DNA of 64,000 nucleotides from Octopus vulgaris (GCA_951406725.2 OX597821.1:96968001-97032000), one strand, 5' to 3'. Shown: positions 39,888-53,619, counted from the stretch's first letter. A program made the numbers and translations. Notes: generated by a model from the letters alone, not told the origin.

Positions 39888-40326
39888 GCGTAGGAGTGGC
39901 TGTGTGGTAAGTAGCTTGCTTACGAACCACATGGTTCCGGGTTCAGTCCCACTGCGTGGCACCTTGAGTAAGTGTCTTCTACTATAGCCTCGGACCGACC
40001 AAAGCCTTGTGAGTGGATTTGGTAGACGGAAACTGAAAGAAGCCTGTCGTATATATGTATATATATATATATATGCATGTATGTATGTGCGTGTTTGCGT
40101 GTCTGTGTTTGTACCCCCCCCCCCCCCCAACATCGCTTGACAACCGATGCTGGTGTGTTTACGTTCCCGTAACTTAGCAGTTCGGCAAAAAAGAGACCGA
40201 TAAAATAAGTACTAGGCTCACAAAGAATAAGTCCTGGGGTCGATTTGCTCGACTAAAAAGGTGGTGCTCCAGCATGGCCACAGTCACATGACTGAAACAA
40301 GTAAAAGAGTAAAAGAGTAAAGAGTA
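39888..40326 (+). mobile_element. SINE family A, full length
   Basis: Head gcgtaggagtggctgtgtggtaag...ggttccgggttcagtccc; tail (gtaaaaga)3. Confidence 0.93.
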
Positions 40327-40902
40327 TGCCTGCTTGAGGATGCCAAACGTCAACATTGAATCAAAAGGATATAAACTCTTTTAATCCAATCTCTTGTCGC
40401 CACATAAACTCGATATTTTAGTGAAGAGATAACACAGTTTTTTAATGGGAGATAACCGAACAGTACCATACACAATCACACACACATATGCTTATGATTA
40501 CATAAATGTGTGCACACGCGAGAAACCATTGAATTGGCAAAATTCTTGTTACTGAGTTGCTCCCCTTGTCTTATAAAACTGACAGCAAAAATAAAGCTAT
40601 AAAAAGATCCTGCGATGTTTGATAGTTCTCAATTTCATTTAAACGCCCAGTAATATGAGAACGTGTAAGCCAATGCGAAGTGCTTCTGTTCTTCCGCCAT
40701 CTTATTTCGATTTGTAATAGTCATTCTTCGTTTAGTCATGAAGGTCATCTCAGGACACACGAACTTGCTTCAAATTAGGCAAAACGACTGAAAACCCGTT
40801 ATGTGTGTGTAGGGGGGTAGGGTGGGGATGGCGCGTGTGCGCGTATGCGCGCGCACGAGTGTTTTGTAAACATATATGTGTGCGTGTATGTCTATATTTA
40901 TA

Positions 40903-41274
40903 TACTCTTTACTCTCTCTTTTACTCTTTTACTTGTTTCAGTCATTTGACTGCGGCCATGCTGGAGCACCGCCTTTAATCGAGCAACTCGACCCAGGGAC
41001 TTATTCTTTTGTAAGCCCAGTACTTATTCTATCGGTCTCTTTTTTGCCGAACCGCTAATTGACGGGGACATAAACATACCAGCATCGGTTGTCAAGCAAT
41101 GCTAGGGGGACAAACATATACGCACACATACGTATATATACATATATACGACGGGCTTCTTTCAGTTTCCGTCTACCAAATCCACTCACAAGGCTTTGGT
41201 CGGCCCAAGGCTATAGAAGGCACTTGCCCAAGGTGACACGCAGTGGGACTGAACCTGGAACCATGTGGTTAGTA
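40903..41274 (-). mobile_element. SINE family A, head truncated by a pLTR fragment
   Basis: Colinear with family A up to ggaaccatgtggttag. Confidence 0.9.
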
Positions 41275-41349
41275 AAAAAACAAAAGACGAAGACTGGGGT
41301 GTAAACAACAAACAGATGTACTAGTTTAACGCTCGGGAAGTGAGAAAGT

Positions 41350-41385
41350 CTTTTACGTTTTGAGCTTACGCTCTTCGACAGAAAG
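41350..41385 (-). ncRNA. Degenerate minimal hammerhead motif
   Basis: Minus strand CTTT-CTGTCGA-AGAGC-GTAA-GCTC-AAAAC-GTA-AAAG; stems intact, A6 and G12 mutated. Confidence 0.5.
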
Positions 41386-41398
41386 AAACACAGAAATA

Positions 41399-41456
<58 letters not shown>

Positions 41457-41583
41457 CTATTTATTTATCTATTTATTTATTTATAAATTTTAGGGTAGCA
41501 AAAAATTCTAGACAAATTCTCCACTACCAGCGGTCAAGTGAGAAAGAAAAAATAGTCAATAGACTATGTTATATATACATTCA

Positions 41584-41659
<76 letters not shown>

Positions 41660-41940
41660 TAAAAATGCCAGTTCTAAAATCTCTCTAACAATAGTTGTAC
41701 AAACAAGTAATTTTCGTAACCACTTCAACATAGCTGTCTGTTCGAACTGACTTTACTGCGATTTTTAAGGCCAATAGGGCATCTCCTCTAGCTGGTTAAC
41801 GATGCACAGCTGTATCCGAGATATTGCGAACGGGAGAGCGAACCCCTACTACCTTCAAGCGACAGGACCTGCAGGCCAGCCTGGTTTCAGGCTATTTCTG
41901 CCTCTCTTCAGTACTGGACACCTCGTCTGCTAGAGATGAA

Positions 41941-42817
41941 TTTTTTTTTATTAAGATAATTAATATCGTACATAGAGGGGACAAAACAAGACAATACAAA
42001 GATTTATTGTTATTATGAGTTCGTATGATACTTAGTTTTTTAAAAATATTGAATGATATATATTTAAATTTGACTTTTGGTGGTGGGGATTAAACTTGAT
42101 GGGCTGAAAAACCCAGCGACTATACCTTTTCCTTTTCCCATGAGGATTAAGCAGAGTCACTTGCACCCACGTTTCTCACCACAACCTTCCATCTTTTTTC
42201 GAACACACCTCGAGGCAGGCATCTCTTCTCCGGTCCTATCTTGCTCTTCAGATGGTATCTGAAGTATGTCAGCAAACCAGGGCCAGAGATGAAGGATCCC
42301 GTCACGAGTCCTTGCAATCTGGTCTTCCACACACACACTTTCAACACTGCCGCTGAACAGAGAAAACGTGCCTCACCTCCTTCCTTTGAGAGTCCGGTTG
42401 GCGGTACAATCTTTATTATAGACTCTACCTAGGTGTGACAACATGTGTTCAACGTAAATTATCAAGCCTGAACGCTTCCGGCACTGTACAAAAGCGTGCT
42501 AGACGGTTTCATCCTCCAGCCCACATCTTGGACATGCTGTTGGCGCTGACATTCCGTGCCTGGATAACTTATCGCGAACAGGTAAAGCGTTCCTGTACCA
42601 CTGCCAGGTCAGTGATTTTTTGGTAATTATCCAAATACCTCAGCCTGAAAGTTTTTGGGAACAGGTTGGCAAGTTGGTTCTCGTCGAACCCCAGAGCCTC
42701 TCCTAGGACGTCATCATTTTAAAACTCTACCAGCCCTTTATACAAAATCGAGGTGGTATTCCCACTGCCGGCCTTGACCGTCTTATGGATTAGCACGAGT
42801 GTTTGTCGATACTCCTG
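41941..42817 (-). pseudogene. L1/Tx1-clade LINE 3' fragment
   Basis: Minus translation KSLTWQWYRNALPVRDKL...CPRCGLEDETV*HAFVQC (CCHC zinc finger), then VWKTRLQG; A-rich tail at 41941-41950. Confidence 0.85.
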
Positions 42818-42998
42818 GTAATAGTCATTCTTCGTTTAGTCATGAAGGTCATCTCAGGACACACGAACTTGCTTCAAATTAGGCAAAACGACTGACAACC
42901 CGTTATGTGTGTGTAGGGCAGGGGGATGGTGCGTGTGCGCGTATGCGCGCGCACGAGTGTTTTGCAAATATATGTGTGCGTGTATGTCTATATTTATA

Positions 42999-43412
42999 TA
43001 CTCTTTACTCTCTTTTACTCTTTTACTTGTTTCAGTCATTTGACTGCGGCCATGCTGGAGCACCACCTTTAGTCGAGCAAATCGACCCCGGGACTTATTC
43101 TTTGTAAGCCCAGTACTTATTCCATCGATCTCTTTTGCCGAACCGCTAAGTGACGGGAACGTAAACACACCAGCATCGGTTGTCAAGCAATGCTAGGGGG
43201 ACAAACACACACACACAAACACACACATATATATAAATATACATATATAAGACAGGCTTCTTTCAGTTTCCGTCTACCAAAACCACTCACAAGGCATTGG
43301 TCGGCCCGGGGCTATAGCAGAAGACACTTGCCCAAGATGCCACGCAGTGGGACTGAACCCGGAACCATGTGGTTGGTTAGCAAGCTACTTACCACACAGC
43401 CACTCCTGCGCC
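42999..43412 (-). mobile_element. SINE family A, full length
   Basis: Complete head through tail. Confidence 0.93.
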
Positions 43413-43911
43413 TATATATGATATTATATGATATGATGTAAAATAAGATTATCTACACATGAATTTCTCCGCTCCATGACAGTTCGAAGTTAAAACACCG
43501 AACATAACTTGCACCACACAAACAGAATACGACCACCATGCAGTAAAATAACACAACTCACCCTACAAATCAAACAAATGCAACACCAACATAACAATAG
43601 ACAGCGAGCGACAAGAGCCGTTATAGCGCTGGATAAAATGCCATGCGCTGCTTTTTCCGACTTCTTGCGTTCTGTGTTCAAATCCCACAGAATTCAACTT
43701 CACGATATTCCCTTTTGGAATCGATAACAAAATGTACCAATCTAGGGAGTTCGATAGGTACATTTTTATCTGCAAGAACACTAGGAATGACAAGAGACAA
43801 GATATCATGCGATATTTGCTCCAACGCTCTTCACCCTAAACATGATAATAATCTCGTACAATCTCATCGTCACCTTATAGCATTATATCATTAGATCATT
43901 GTTGTCGTTGC

Positions 43912-43978
43912 TCTTCTTCTTCTTCTTCTTCTTCTTCTTCTTCTTCTTCTTCTTCTTCTTCTTCTTCTTCTCCTTCTC

Positions 43979-44074
<96 letters not shown>
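43912..44074. repeat. (TTC)n followed by (TTA)n
   Basis: Directly visible. Confidence 0.96.
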
Positions 44075-44626
44075 GAGTGAGAGAGCAGTTCATGCCATCA
44101 AAGTGACACTGGGGTAAAATATACGAAGCCCAATATAACCATCATGACTACCCGTCTGATAACGGCACACCAGGCACATGCATCACAACCATATGTGCGC
44201 GACATGGTGATCTCATATCAAGATAAACAGCACATGACCTTGCAGGTGGGGCCCAGTTAGAATTTTCTTCGGGTTGAGTAGCCCATCCCGCTCAAACGGT
44301 CCCTGAATAAGGGTTGTTTAAGGATGTTGAAAGAACCACCCATGTTTCCAGAGGTGATTATTCAAACCCCAAAGAATCCCTCTCAACACATGGCTATGAT
44401 GCTCCCCCACTACTTCTGCTCGTGATCAGAGATGCACATATCGTCAGCCACTAAGGGACATGCTCAACTGGTTATGGTCAAACAACTGACAAGCAAATCT
44501 GTGGTATTGAGCAGAATATTTGCTGTAGCCCATCTTTTATACCAAGACAAAACAATGTACATGATAACACTTCCAATCAGTTAAGATCAGAAGCCATGAG
44601 AGCCATTGCCTGGTACTGCATCAGGG

Positions 44627-44628
<2 letters not shown>
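44075..44628. mobile_element. Non-coding ~550-bp insert between two (TTA)n tracts
   Basis: Complex sequence with sharp borders, flanked on both sides by the same trinucleotide repeat. Confidence 0.5.
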
Positions 44629-44686
<58 letters not shown>

Positions 44687-44859
44687 GTTTTTTCCTTCTT
44701 TCTTCAAATTTTCTTCCGTTTCTCACCTAGGGCAGAGAAGCTCATTGTATGCATTCCCAGATTACACACGCAAATTCACAGATAAAATATGTACTTAAAA
44801 ATTAATAAATAAATAAATTCATAGATGTTGTTTTCACAGCGATAATGCTCTTCTCAGTA

Positions 44860-44928
<69 letters not shown>

Positions 44929-45271
44929 TCTTTTTTCTTCTTTCAAATTTGTTTCCATTTCTTGCCGAGTGTCTTCCCGACTCCTAGGGCAAAGAAACTC
45001 ATAGTATACATTATTATTATTAATATTATTATTATTATTATCATCATCATTATTATTATTATGTTTTGACTTTTGCTTTGTATTTGTACAAGTTGACTCC
45101 AAATCTCACCCAGAGACCTCAAGAGACAAGTTAGAAGTTCATGCTGGTGTTTTGCCTAAGGTCTCATATATTTGGTTTTGTACATAGTATTGTTCTAGAG
45201 AATATTTAATGCATTCTTCTTCTTCTTCTTCTTCTTCTTCTTCTTCTTCTTCTTCTTCTTCTTCTTCTTCT

Positions 45272-45302
<31 letters not shown>

Positions 45303-45379
45303 TCTATTATTATTATCATTATTATTAAAAACTTAATAATAATAATGATATAATGATTTTAGATGATAAATTAGTTTCA

Positions 45380-45419
<40 letters not shown>

Positions 45420-45587
45420 ATTATTATCATTATCTAAAACGCTAAACATGTGCTGGAAGTAACATCTGTTTAACAGTGGTGTGTTGGCTCTATAAATAGT
45501 GAAGATGTGAAATAGATCGAAATAATAGGCAAGTGTATATTAATTACTGGAACAGCTGGAAGAAATGTTCCCTTATATACACAGACG

Positions 45588-45625
45588 CATACATACATAC
45601 ATACATACATACATACATACATACA

Positions 45626-45659
<34 letters not shown>

Positions 45660-45777
45660 CATATATACATACATACATACATATATACATACATACATAC
45701 ATACATACATACATGCATGCATACATGCATACATGCATGCATACATACATACATACATACATACATACATACATGCA

Positions 45778-45811
<34 letters not shown>

Positions 45812-45898
45812 CATACATACATACATGCATGCATGCATATATACATACATACATACATACATACATACATACATACATACATACATACACACATACAT
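45588..45898. repeat. (CATA)n microsatellite
   Basis: Directly visible. Confidence 0.96.
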
Positions 45899-46059
45899 CT
45901 TTGTGTGAGTGCGAGTGTGTGTGCACGTATATAATATATATTTTATTATGATGAGCCTAGATTATTTCTTCATCATACCTTGCACTCTCACGCCTTCCAT
46001 GCTCATACATCGAAGACATTATCACTGCTTAGGCGACATACATACACACACATATGTAT

Positions 46060-46240
46060 ATATAATTCAAAAACAGTTTTGACTCTGTTCCAAGCAACTG
46101 AGGTTTCGTAGACTCGTGAAACAAACCTATCTCGTCAAACACTGGCGACAGGCTATTTCCAGACGCCAGTTGAATTAGGTTCGTTCTACGAGCCTACGAA
46201 ACTTTAATGAAGTTGGGCGAAACTGTTATTAAATAATATA
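46060..46240. mobile_element. Palindromic MITE-like fold-back
   Basis: aacagttt...gtttcgtagactcgt..aaaccta versus taggttcg..acgagcctacgaaac...aaactgtt. Confidence 0.6.
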
Positions 46241-47495
46241 TGTGACTCAAGTGTGTTGTGTGCCTCTTTCTTTCGATCAATTCGGTCGCTTGATCCAGAC
46301 AAGTTAGAAAAAGGAGGTAGTCAGAATTTTGGATAATTATTTGTTTAGCGCTTTCATCTTCTTTCAGAGAATCATCAGGAATGATATTTTTACGGAAAAT
46401 TTATGCCTTTTATATATATATGTAGGTAAGGAGAAAAAAAAATCCGGCGTTCAATTTGGAAGGGAATGACCTTTGTGATTTTGAACCTATATGTGTATAT
46501 ATGTGAGTATAAATATGTGCAGTTGGTGAATTTTTGGAGGATTGATTAGAGGGAGCAAAAGAAAAAAAGAGAAAGAGAAAGAAAGATAGGAGAGAAAAAT
46601 AGAGGGAAAAAGAAAAGAAAGAAAAAGAAAGTATGTATGCATATGTATGTTTGTGTCTGTCCCTTTCTCACAACGTATCATGGCGATTCAGCAAAACACA
46701 ACTAACGGAATAAGTTCCAGATTTTAAAATAGCTACTAGAATCAAATTGTTGAATAAATCTACGAAAGCACTGCCCCCAACGTGACTACAGCCGTATAAG
46801 TGAAACAAGAAAAGGTAAAAGATGAATATATATATATGTATGTATGCATATATTTTATTTATTAAATTTGTATGACTGAGCGCCCTCGCGTCGTTTCGTT
46901 TCCACCAAGTAAGTTTTATATATAATTATGATGCGAAACTCTATAACCCTTTGCTTGACCTTCCCTTCCTTCCTTGTCTTCCTCTTTGCCTGTCTCTCTT
47001 TTTCACCCTTTCTTGTTTCCTTTCCTCTCTATCTCTCTCTCACTCCTCCTCATCTCTCTCACAGCCGGGCGACCACTTCCTTTCGCTTGCGGCCTCCTAC
47101 AAGTGAACACGCTTTTTTCCTGCGCTCTTAAAAATCTTTCCTCGTCTAGGCCAACAAAGGCCCTCATTGTTTGTTTTCTTGTTTGTTTTTATTTCTTGTA
47201 CTGTATTTTTTTGTAAATGTTTTTAATTGCAATGCAATTAACTCATTTATCGTATTAAATGGGTGAAGGTAAAAAAATATTTTTACCGTAAATTTATAAT
47301 ACAAATAAGAAAATGGAGAAACATATTCATCTCGTTCATCAATTTACGGATATTACAATTTTACATTACTTATTCAAATGAGAACATCAAAAGCAAACAA
47401 AACATTATATAAATCAATAGGTAATATAATAATAAAAATAAAACAAATACATATTTTAAAAGTCATATTATAAATTATTGAAATTCATAAACTAC

Positions 47496-47627
47496 TTCTT
47501 ACAGCTGTTTCAGCCTATGGTCAAAAGTCAATCCAACTTATATTGCCTATAGATGTCAGTATATTATGGTTGTAGGCGTTAAAATTTATACTTATATGTT
47601 AAAAGAACCATAGGCCTCATCTGAGGA
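47496..47627 (-). ncRNA. Hammerhead-like motif in an inverted PLE pLTR
   Basis: Minus strand tcct-CAGATGA-GGCCTATGGT...ACCATAGGCT-GAAAC-AGCT-GTA-agaa; 10-bp stem II; U4 altered. Confidence 0.6.
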
Positions 47628-47990
47628 TATAATAAACTTGTTATATCAAGAAAATCACCACCACCAAATAAATACTTGGATAACTTCGAGCAGGATTTAT
47701 GGAATACCATTAGGAGTATTAAGTTCAAGAATCGTTCACTAAGGAATAATCCATACCAAAGGAAATTGAAGGAAATTATCAGAACTCTTGAGAGTAAAGA
47801 TGGTATCTTAACTCATTCGGATAAATCTAGTAATATATACAACAGTGACACTCAAACTTACCGTGAGTTATTACTTAGAGAAATTACAAAAAAAATATAG
47901 GGTTGTACCTTTTGATACACTTAGAAAATTGAATTTGGAAGCTAAAAATATTATGTTTGATTATTATCTAGAAGGTAACAATCCGATTAT
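47628..47990 (+). pseudogene. Penelope-like element N-terminal ORF fragment
   Basis: SRKSPPPNKYLDNFEQDLWNTIRSIKF...YQRKLKEII...SDKSSNIY (PLE ADKTxNxY region), preceded by an inverted pLTR. Confidence 0.65.
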
Positions 47991-48059
47991 ATAACTTTAC
48001 GCTCATCAGAGTTAGCCGAAATGTACGTATGTATGTATGTATGTCTCTTCTATTTTTTA

Positions 48060-48540
48060 ATTATTATGAATCTTCCACTGAGGAGGGAGCCGGTTTCCAA
48101 CAATGATACGAGGGTCCATCTTTGGGATATAGTTAACACAGACAAATTCATACTTGGAACTTGAGAAAAGTCTTGCATATTTTTACTGTTCCACTCAGAG
48201 ATTGCATTTGTAATATACGAATTAGTCGGTCGATTTCTCTTTCTGAAAATCTCAGTTTATCCAGATTCTTCTTTAAGCATTTACTAACAACACCTAGTGC
48301 TCCAATTATTATTGGTATGAATATAAATTCATAGTATGGATATAGAAGCTGGACGTTTCGAAGCAGCTGTCCATAGAAATCTTCTTCTTTGATTTTCAAG
48401 GAGATAGTCATATATGCAGGGCAGCTGACCTCTACGATGGCACTTACCTTTGCCCCTCTGTCTCAAACGACAATATCCGGCCTGTTATGTTTACATTTGA
48501 CAGAAGTTTTGATGGGAATATTCCACCAGAATTCCATACA
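48060..48540 (-). pseudogene. R4/Dong-like non-LTR retrotransposon 3' end (restriction-like endonuclease)
   Basis: EFWWNIPIKT...HNRPDIVV*DR...VEVSCP...KIKE...Y..L...FIPIIIGALG, the RLE PD-(D/E)xK signature. Confidence 0.8.
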
Positions 48541-48702
48541 TACATGCATGTATGTATGCATGTATGTATGTATGTATGTATGTATGTATGTATGTATGTA
48601 TGTATGTATGTATGTATGTATGCATGCATGCAAGCATGTATGTATGCATGCATGCAAGCATGTATGTATGCATTTATGCATGTATGTACATTTGTATGTA
48701 TG

Positions 48703-48747
<45 letters not shown>

Positions 48748-48861
48748 GGGAGAGAGAGAGAGAGGGGAGAGAGAGAGAGAGGGAGAGAGAGAGATATTTA
48801 GGAGAAATAACACAGTGACTCAAGTTGGAGAGTTTCGTGCGTTAGCACTTATCAAACTTTG

Positions 48862-48916
<55 letters not shown>

Positions 48917-49106
48917 CATATATATAAAAATACAATTTTCCTCGCTGGAGTAAAGAGAATAACATACATTTAATCTGTAATGAGCCTGGTGGTGTGTTGG
49001 TGATGGTTGTAGTGGTGGTGGTGGTGGTGGTGGTGGTGGTGTGTGTGCACATATACTTATTTACACACAAATAAGTATGTATTTATAAAAATAACTCTGT
49101 TTACCT

Positions 49107-49143
<37 letters not shown>

Positions 49144-49243
49144 CAAACATACATATTTATATATATATATATATGCTCATTTCCTTTGAACTGACTCTCC
49201 TCTTCTACCCTTCCCTCTATCTCCCACATCTCTCTCTCTCTCC

Positions 49244-49327
<84 letters not shown>

Positions 49328-49403
49328 ATGTATCTATCTATCACACCTTTAGTTGTATATATGTTTGGATAAGGGAGAGAGAGATAGATAGAGAGAGAGA
49401 GAG

Positions 49404-49467
<64 letters not shown>

Positions 49468-49932
49468 TTTGTGTGTGTGTGTGTTTAGGCCAATGTTGTA
49501 GAGTAAAGTCGCTGTAGATATATCAGGACTGAGCGAGCGGCATGACGATGGTACGTAGGTATGACGTAACATGATGTAAGAGGGCAAGATATAGAATTGT
49601 ACAGTATGATGTAGAATGTTACAAAGCAGTGTGCCGGGCCAATGAGATTGGGTTGGTTCAACTGGCACATCGGTCCAGATTCCAGAAGTCCAAATAAGGA
49701 CCACAGAAAATTTTTGACGAGAAGAGGAGGTACCCCCCACCTTTCCAAGTGCGGCCTGAAAACAACCTAGTGCAAAAGGCAAAACTGACGTGGTATGTTG
49801 TGATGTGATGTGATGTGTGTTGAGGTGAAATATATTATGGTATAGTGCAGTCACAGGCAAACTGCGGCCCGCGGGATTATGTGAATGGCACGCGTAATGA
49901 AAATTTATCTTGAATATGTTTAGTGATGCAAA

Positions 49933-50132
49933 GCGGCGAGCTGGCAGAAACGTTAGCAAATGCTCAGCGGAATTTCGTCCGTCTTTACGTTCTGAGTTCA
50001 AATATCGCCGAAGTCGACTTTGCCTTTCATTCTTTCGGGGTCGAAAAAATAAATATCAGCTGAGCACTAGGGTCAATCTAATCGACTTACCCACTCTCTC
50101 GAAATTACTGGCCTCGTGCCAAAATTTGAAAT
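49933..50132 (+). mobile_element. SINE family C
   Basis: gcggcgagctggcagaaacgttagc...gcctttcattctttcggggtcga. Confidence 0.82.
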
Positions 50133-50307
50133 CAGTATTTTTAGTAATGCGGCTCGCCTGATGATGAACCATTCCTATAACTTAGTAATTTCTATGCTGG
50201 AGTGAAGACAACATGTTCCTTGCCTATCTCCTTAACTTCTTGGAGATTTTAGATATAATTATACTAATGTGTACATCTGTTCTAATTTAACTAAATTCTA
50301 TGTCTTT

Positions 50308-50396
50308 GTGCAGCTGAAGATTGCTCTGCATTTTAAACTGATGTAATGATTGCACTGTTCAATTAAATGGAGTTGCATGAAACGATCGTACTGCAT
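50308..50396 (+). ncRNA. Hammerhead ribozyme candidate with canonical core (type I)
   Basis: GTGCAG-CTGAAGA-ttgc...gcat-GAAAC-GATC-GTA-CTGCAT: 6-bp stem I, palindromic stem III; tail ccttgttgcttattttgat shared with the 5010-5130 copy. Confidence 0.7.
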
Positions 50397-50508
50397 TACC
50401 TCTGGATATCCTTGTTGCTTATTTTGATTTTAATCGCCTTACTTTGAAATTGTATGGATAATACCGTACTAAATTCTGGTGCCTCAATTTCAGTACCATA
50501 TTCATCTG

Positions 50509-50649
<141 letters not shown>

Positions 50650-50710
50650 CATGCATACATGCATACGTATATTCATATATACATATGCATATACATACAT
50701 ATATACATAC

Positions 50711-50764
<54 letters not shown>

Positions 50765-50765
<1 letters not shown>

Positions 50766-50975
50766 TTTATCCAAACAAGAAAGCACAAAAAAACACAACA
50801 ACGCGAGGACGTGGAACAAATATAGTATTATTGGACGCTCAGGAAAGAAGGAAAGAAGGAGGGTTTAACGTTTCGAGCGGAGCTCTTCGTCGGAAACATA
50901 GGAGAGGGAAAGATCCAGAGAAGGGAAGACAGAGGAAAAAAAATCGCCAACGGTACACACGCGGTCACATTTTGA

Positions 50976-50976
<1 letters not shown>
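50765..50976 (-). mobile_element. Short non-coding hammerhead-carrying repeat (pLTR-like), copy 1; ribozyme motif at 50863-50897
   Basis: Minus strand GTTT-CCGACGA-AGAGC-TCC-GCTC-GAAAC-GTT-AAAC; homologous to 56606-56800 and 61125-61304. Confidence 0.75.
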
Positions 50977-51019
<43 letters not shown>

Positions 51020-51114
51020 TTTATAAAATAAATTAATTTACTCTGCTATGTATTGAGTACTTTATTTACTGTGGTTAACCCCGACTCAACCCGGGACCTA
51101 CATATATATATATA

Positions 51115-51270
51115 TATATATGACGGGCTTCTTCCAGTTTCCGTCTATCAAATCCACTCACAAGATTCTGGCTAACTCGAGGCTATAGTAGAAGACACTT
51201 GTCCAAGATGTCACGCTGTGGGACTGAACCAGGAACCATGTGCTGGGGAGGAACCATCTGATCACACATT
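51115..51270 (-). mobile_element. SINE family A, 5' part
   Basis: gacgggcttcttccagtttccgtc...gggactgaaccaggaaccatg. Confidence 0.8.
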
Positions 51271-51302
51271 ATGCGCGTGCGTGTGTGTGTGTGTGGTGTG
51301 TG

Positions 51303-51572
51303 AAGGCACGTAGTCTAGTGTTTAGTCTGTTACATTAGCGATCACTAGATCGTGGGTTCGATTCAAGACCGAGCGGCGCGTTGTGATTTTGAGCAAAATA
51401 CTTCATTTCACTTCGTTCCAATCCCCCTTATGATCAGTGAGGAATGCTGGCCTGGTCGCCTAGGCAGCAAGGTGGCGACATATGAAGGCTAAAACGAAGC
51501 AAATAAAGCGCATTGCAACCAGCGGTGTGTAACAACACCTGATAGTCTGATTGGTCACGAGATAACGTGATT
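51303..51572 (+). mobile_element. Degenerate SINE (family B-like tail)
   Basis: B box gggttcgattc; tail gaaggctaaaac...gcgcattgcaaccagcggtgtgtaacaacacctgatagtctg...cacgagataacgtgat. Confidence 0.65.
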
Positions 51573-51622
51573 GTGTGTGTGTAATATATATATATAAATA
51601 TATATATATGTATGTATGTATG

Positions 51623-51703
<81 letters not shown>

Positions 51704-52213
51704 CATAAGGGACGTTAGCCATCCGAATGTGGCTAGGGACAGGGCAGGGCGGTGGGGGTGTTACTGATGCATTTAGCCCCAGGCGATCATCAACGTCATG
51801 TGCGTGTGTGTGTATATACATATATATGTATGTATATTTTTATGTATACAACGTATTTGAAATAGAGAAGGATGTTGAACTCTGCGATGAAAATTTGATA
51901 GACGTGTTTGTTTGTGACTCTGTGTGTGAGTGTGTGTGGTGGGGGAATGAATGTCAAAGAAAAAGTATTTTAAAATCTGATTCTAGTCAGGCATATAATA
52001 TCTGTGCATTTCGTTGCGTGTAAATATGTATACAGAGATTTTTTTTTTATCAACGAATGTATACAAAAGCGTATGTATGTATGTATGTATGTATGTATGT
52101 ATGTATGTATGTACGTATGTATGTATGTATGTATGTCCCTCTCTCTATTTCTCTCTCTCTCTCTCTTGCTCTCTCTCTATATATATACACATACATATAC
52201 ATATATGTATATA

Positions 52214-52267
<54 letters not shown>

Positions 52268-52416
52268 CATATAAATACATACATACAAACATACATACAG
52301 ACATACATAATTACACACACATATATGTATATATGTATGTATATATATATATTGATAAAAATGGTAGGACTACAAAAGAAAGACACCTTGATATGTGACA
52401 ATTATTCGGTTTTTAC

Positions 52417-52471
<55 letters not shown>

Positions 52472-52483
52472 CTATATATATAT

Positions 52484-53619
52484 AAGTACTTCTTGTCTAA
52501 CAGAACCCAACATGTTGTAGTCGAAGGAGTCAAATCCAGCCCAGCCAAAGTCAGTAGTGGTGTCCCACAAGGCACTGTGTTGGGCCCACTTCTCTTCATC
52601 ATCTACATTAATGACATCACTGACATCATCAAACACAGTAACATCAGAATCTTCGCTGATGATTCCAAGCTCCAGAAGGTCATCAATGGCATGGATGACC
52701 GGATAAGCTTCAGTCAGACCTACTGGCTGTTGTCCAATGGGCGGAAAAGAACAACATGTTGCTAAACGAAGACAAATTCGAACTGATCCACTTTGGAAGG
52801 GAGGATGCTCTGAAACTCCCATACTCCCTTCCTTCTGGTGAAATTCTCATAGCGTCTAGCCACATCAGAGACTTGGGAGTAAGTGTGGACAACATAAGCT
52901 GGGCTACACATATAAGCAGCAAAGTTGAAATGGCCCGCAGAATGTGTTCCTGGATTCTCAGAACCGTCCAGTCGAGAGATTCCCACACAATTATCCTTCT
53001 CTTCTCCACTTTTGCCCGACCCCACCTTGAATACTGCTGTCCACTATGGTCTCCCTACACGAAACAAAATATTATGAGAATTGAAGCTCCCCAAAAGTCA
53101 ATCACAAAAAAGATAGATGGCATGTCAGACCTCGAGTACTGGGGTAGACTAGAAAAGCTGAAACTGTATTCACTCCAACGACGCCGTGAACGCTACATTA
53201 TCTGTATGATGTGGAAAATATTCCATCAGCACTGTCCGAATGATGTTGGCATCACCTTCAAAATACATCCAAGGTTTGGACCACGTGATATCAGTCCACA
53301 ACAAACATCTAAATCGCATCACATAACGACAATACGGCACAACTATTTCACCTCAATTGGACCCGCTCTCTTCAACATTACACCAGGACACGTCAAAATA
53401 GAAACTGACCACACAAAATTCAAGAAGTCTTTGGACAAGTTCCTTCAAACAGTCCCGGACAAACTACCCACACCCGGATATGTCTCCGCAAACAATAACT
53501 CTCTCTCGAATGGGCCTTGGTGCCCAAATCCTGAATTGAAAGACTTCGCCAGGTGATGCTATTAAGTTAGACATAGCCTGGGCCGATACTGGCCAAAACC
53601 TTTCTAAGTTATTCTAAGT

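Noticed and set aside
45470-45951. Many ORFs of YIYI, MYVC, HTHT, ERER type here and throughout the window
   Set aside because: Translations of microsatellites.
49177-50001. 274-aa ORF
   Set aside because: Stitched from a SINE, unique sequence and microsatellites; no domain.
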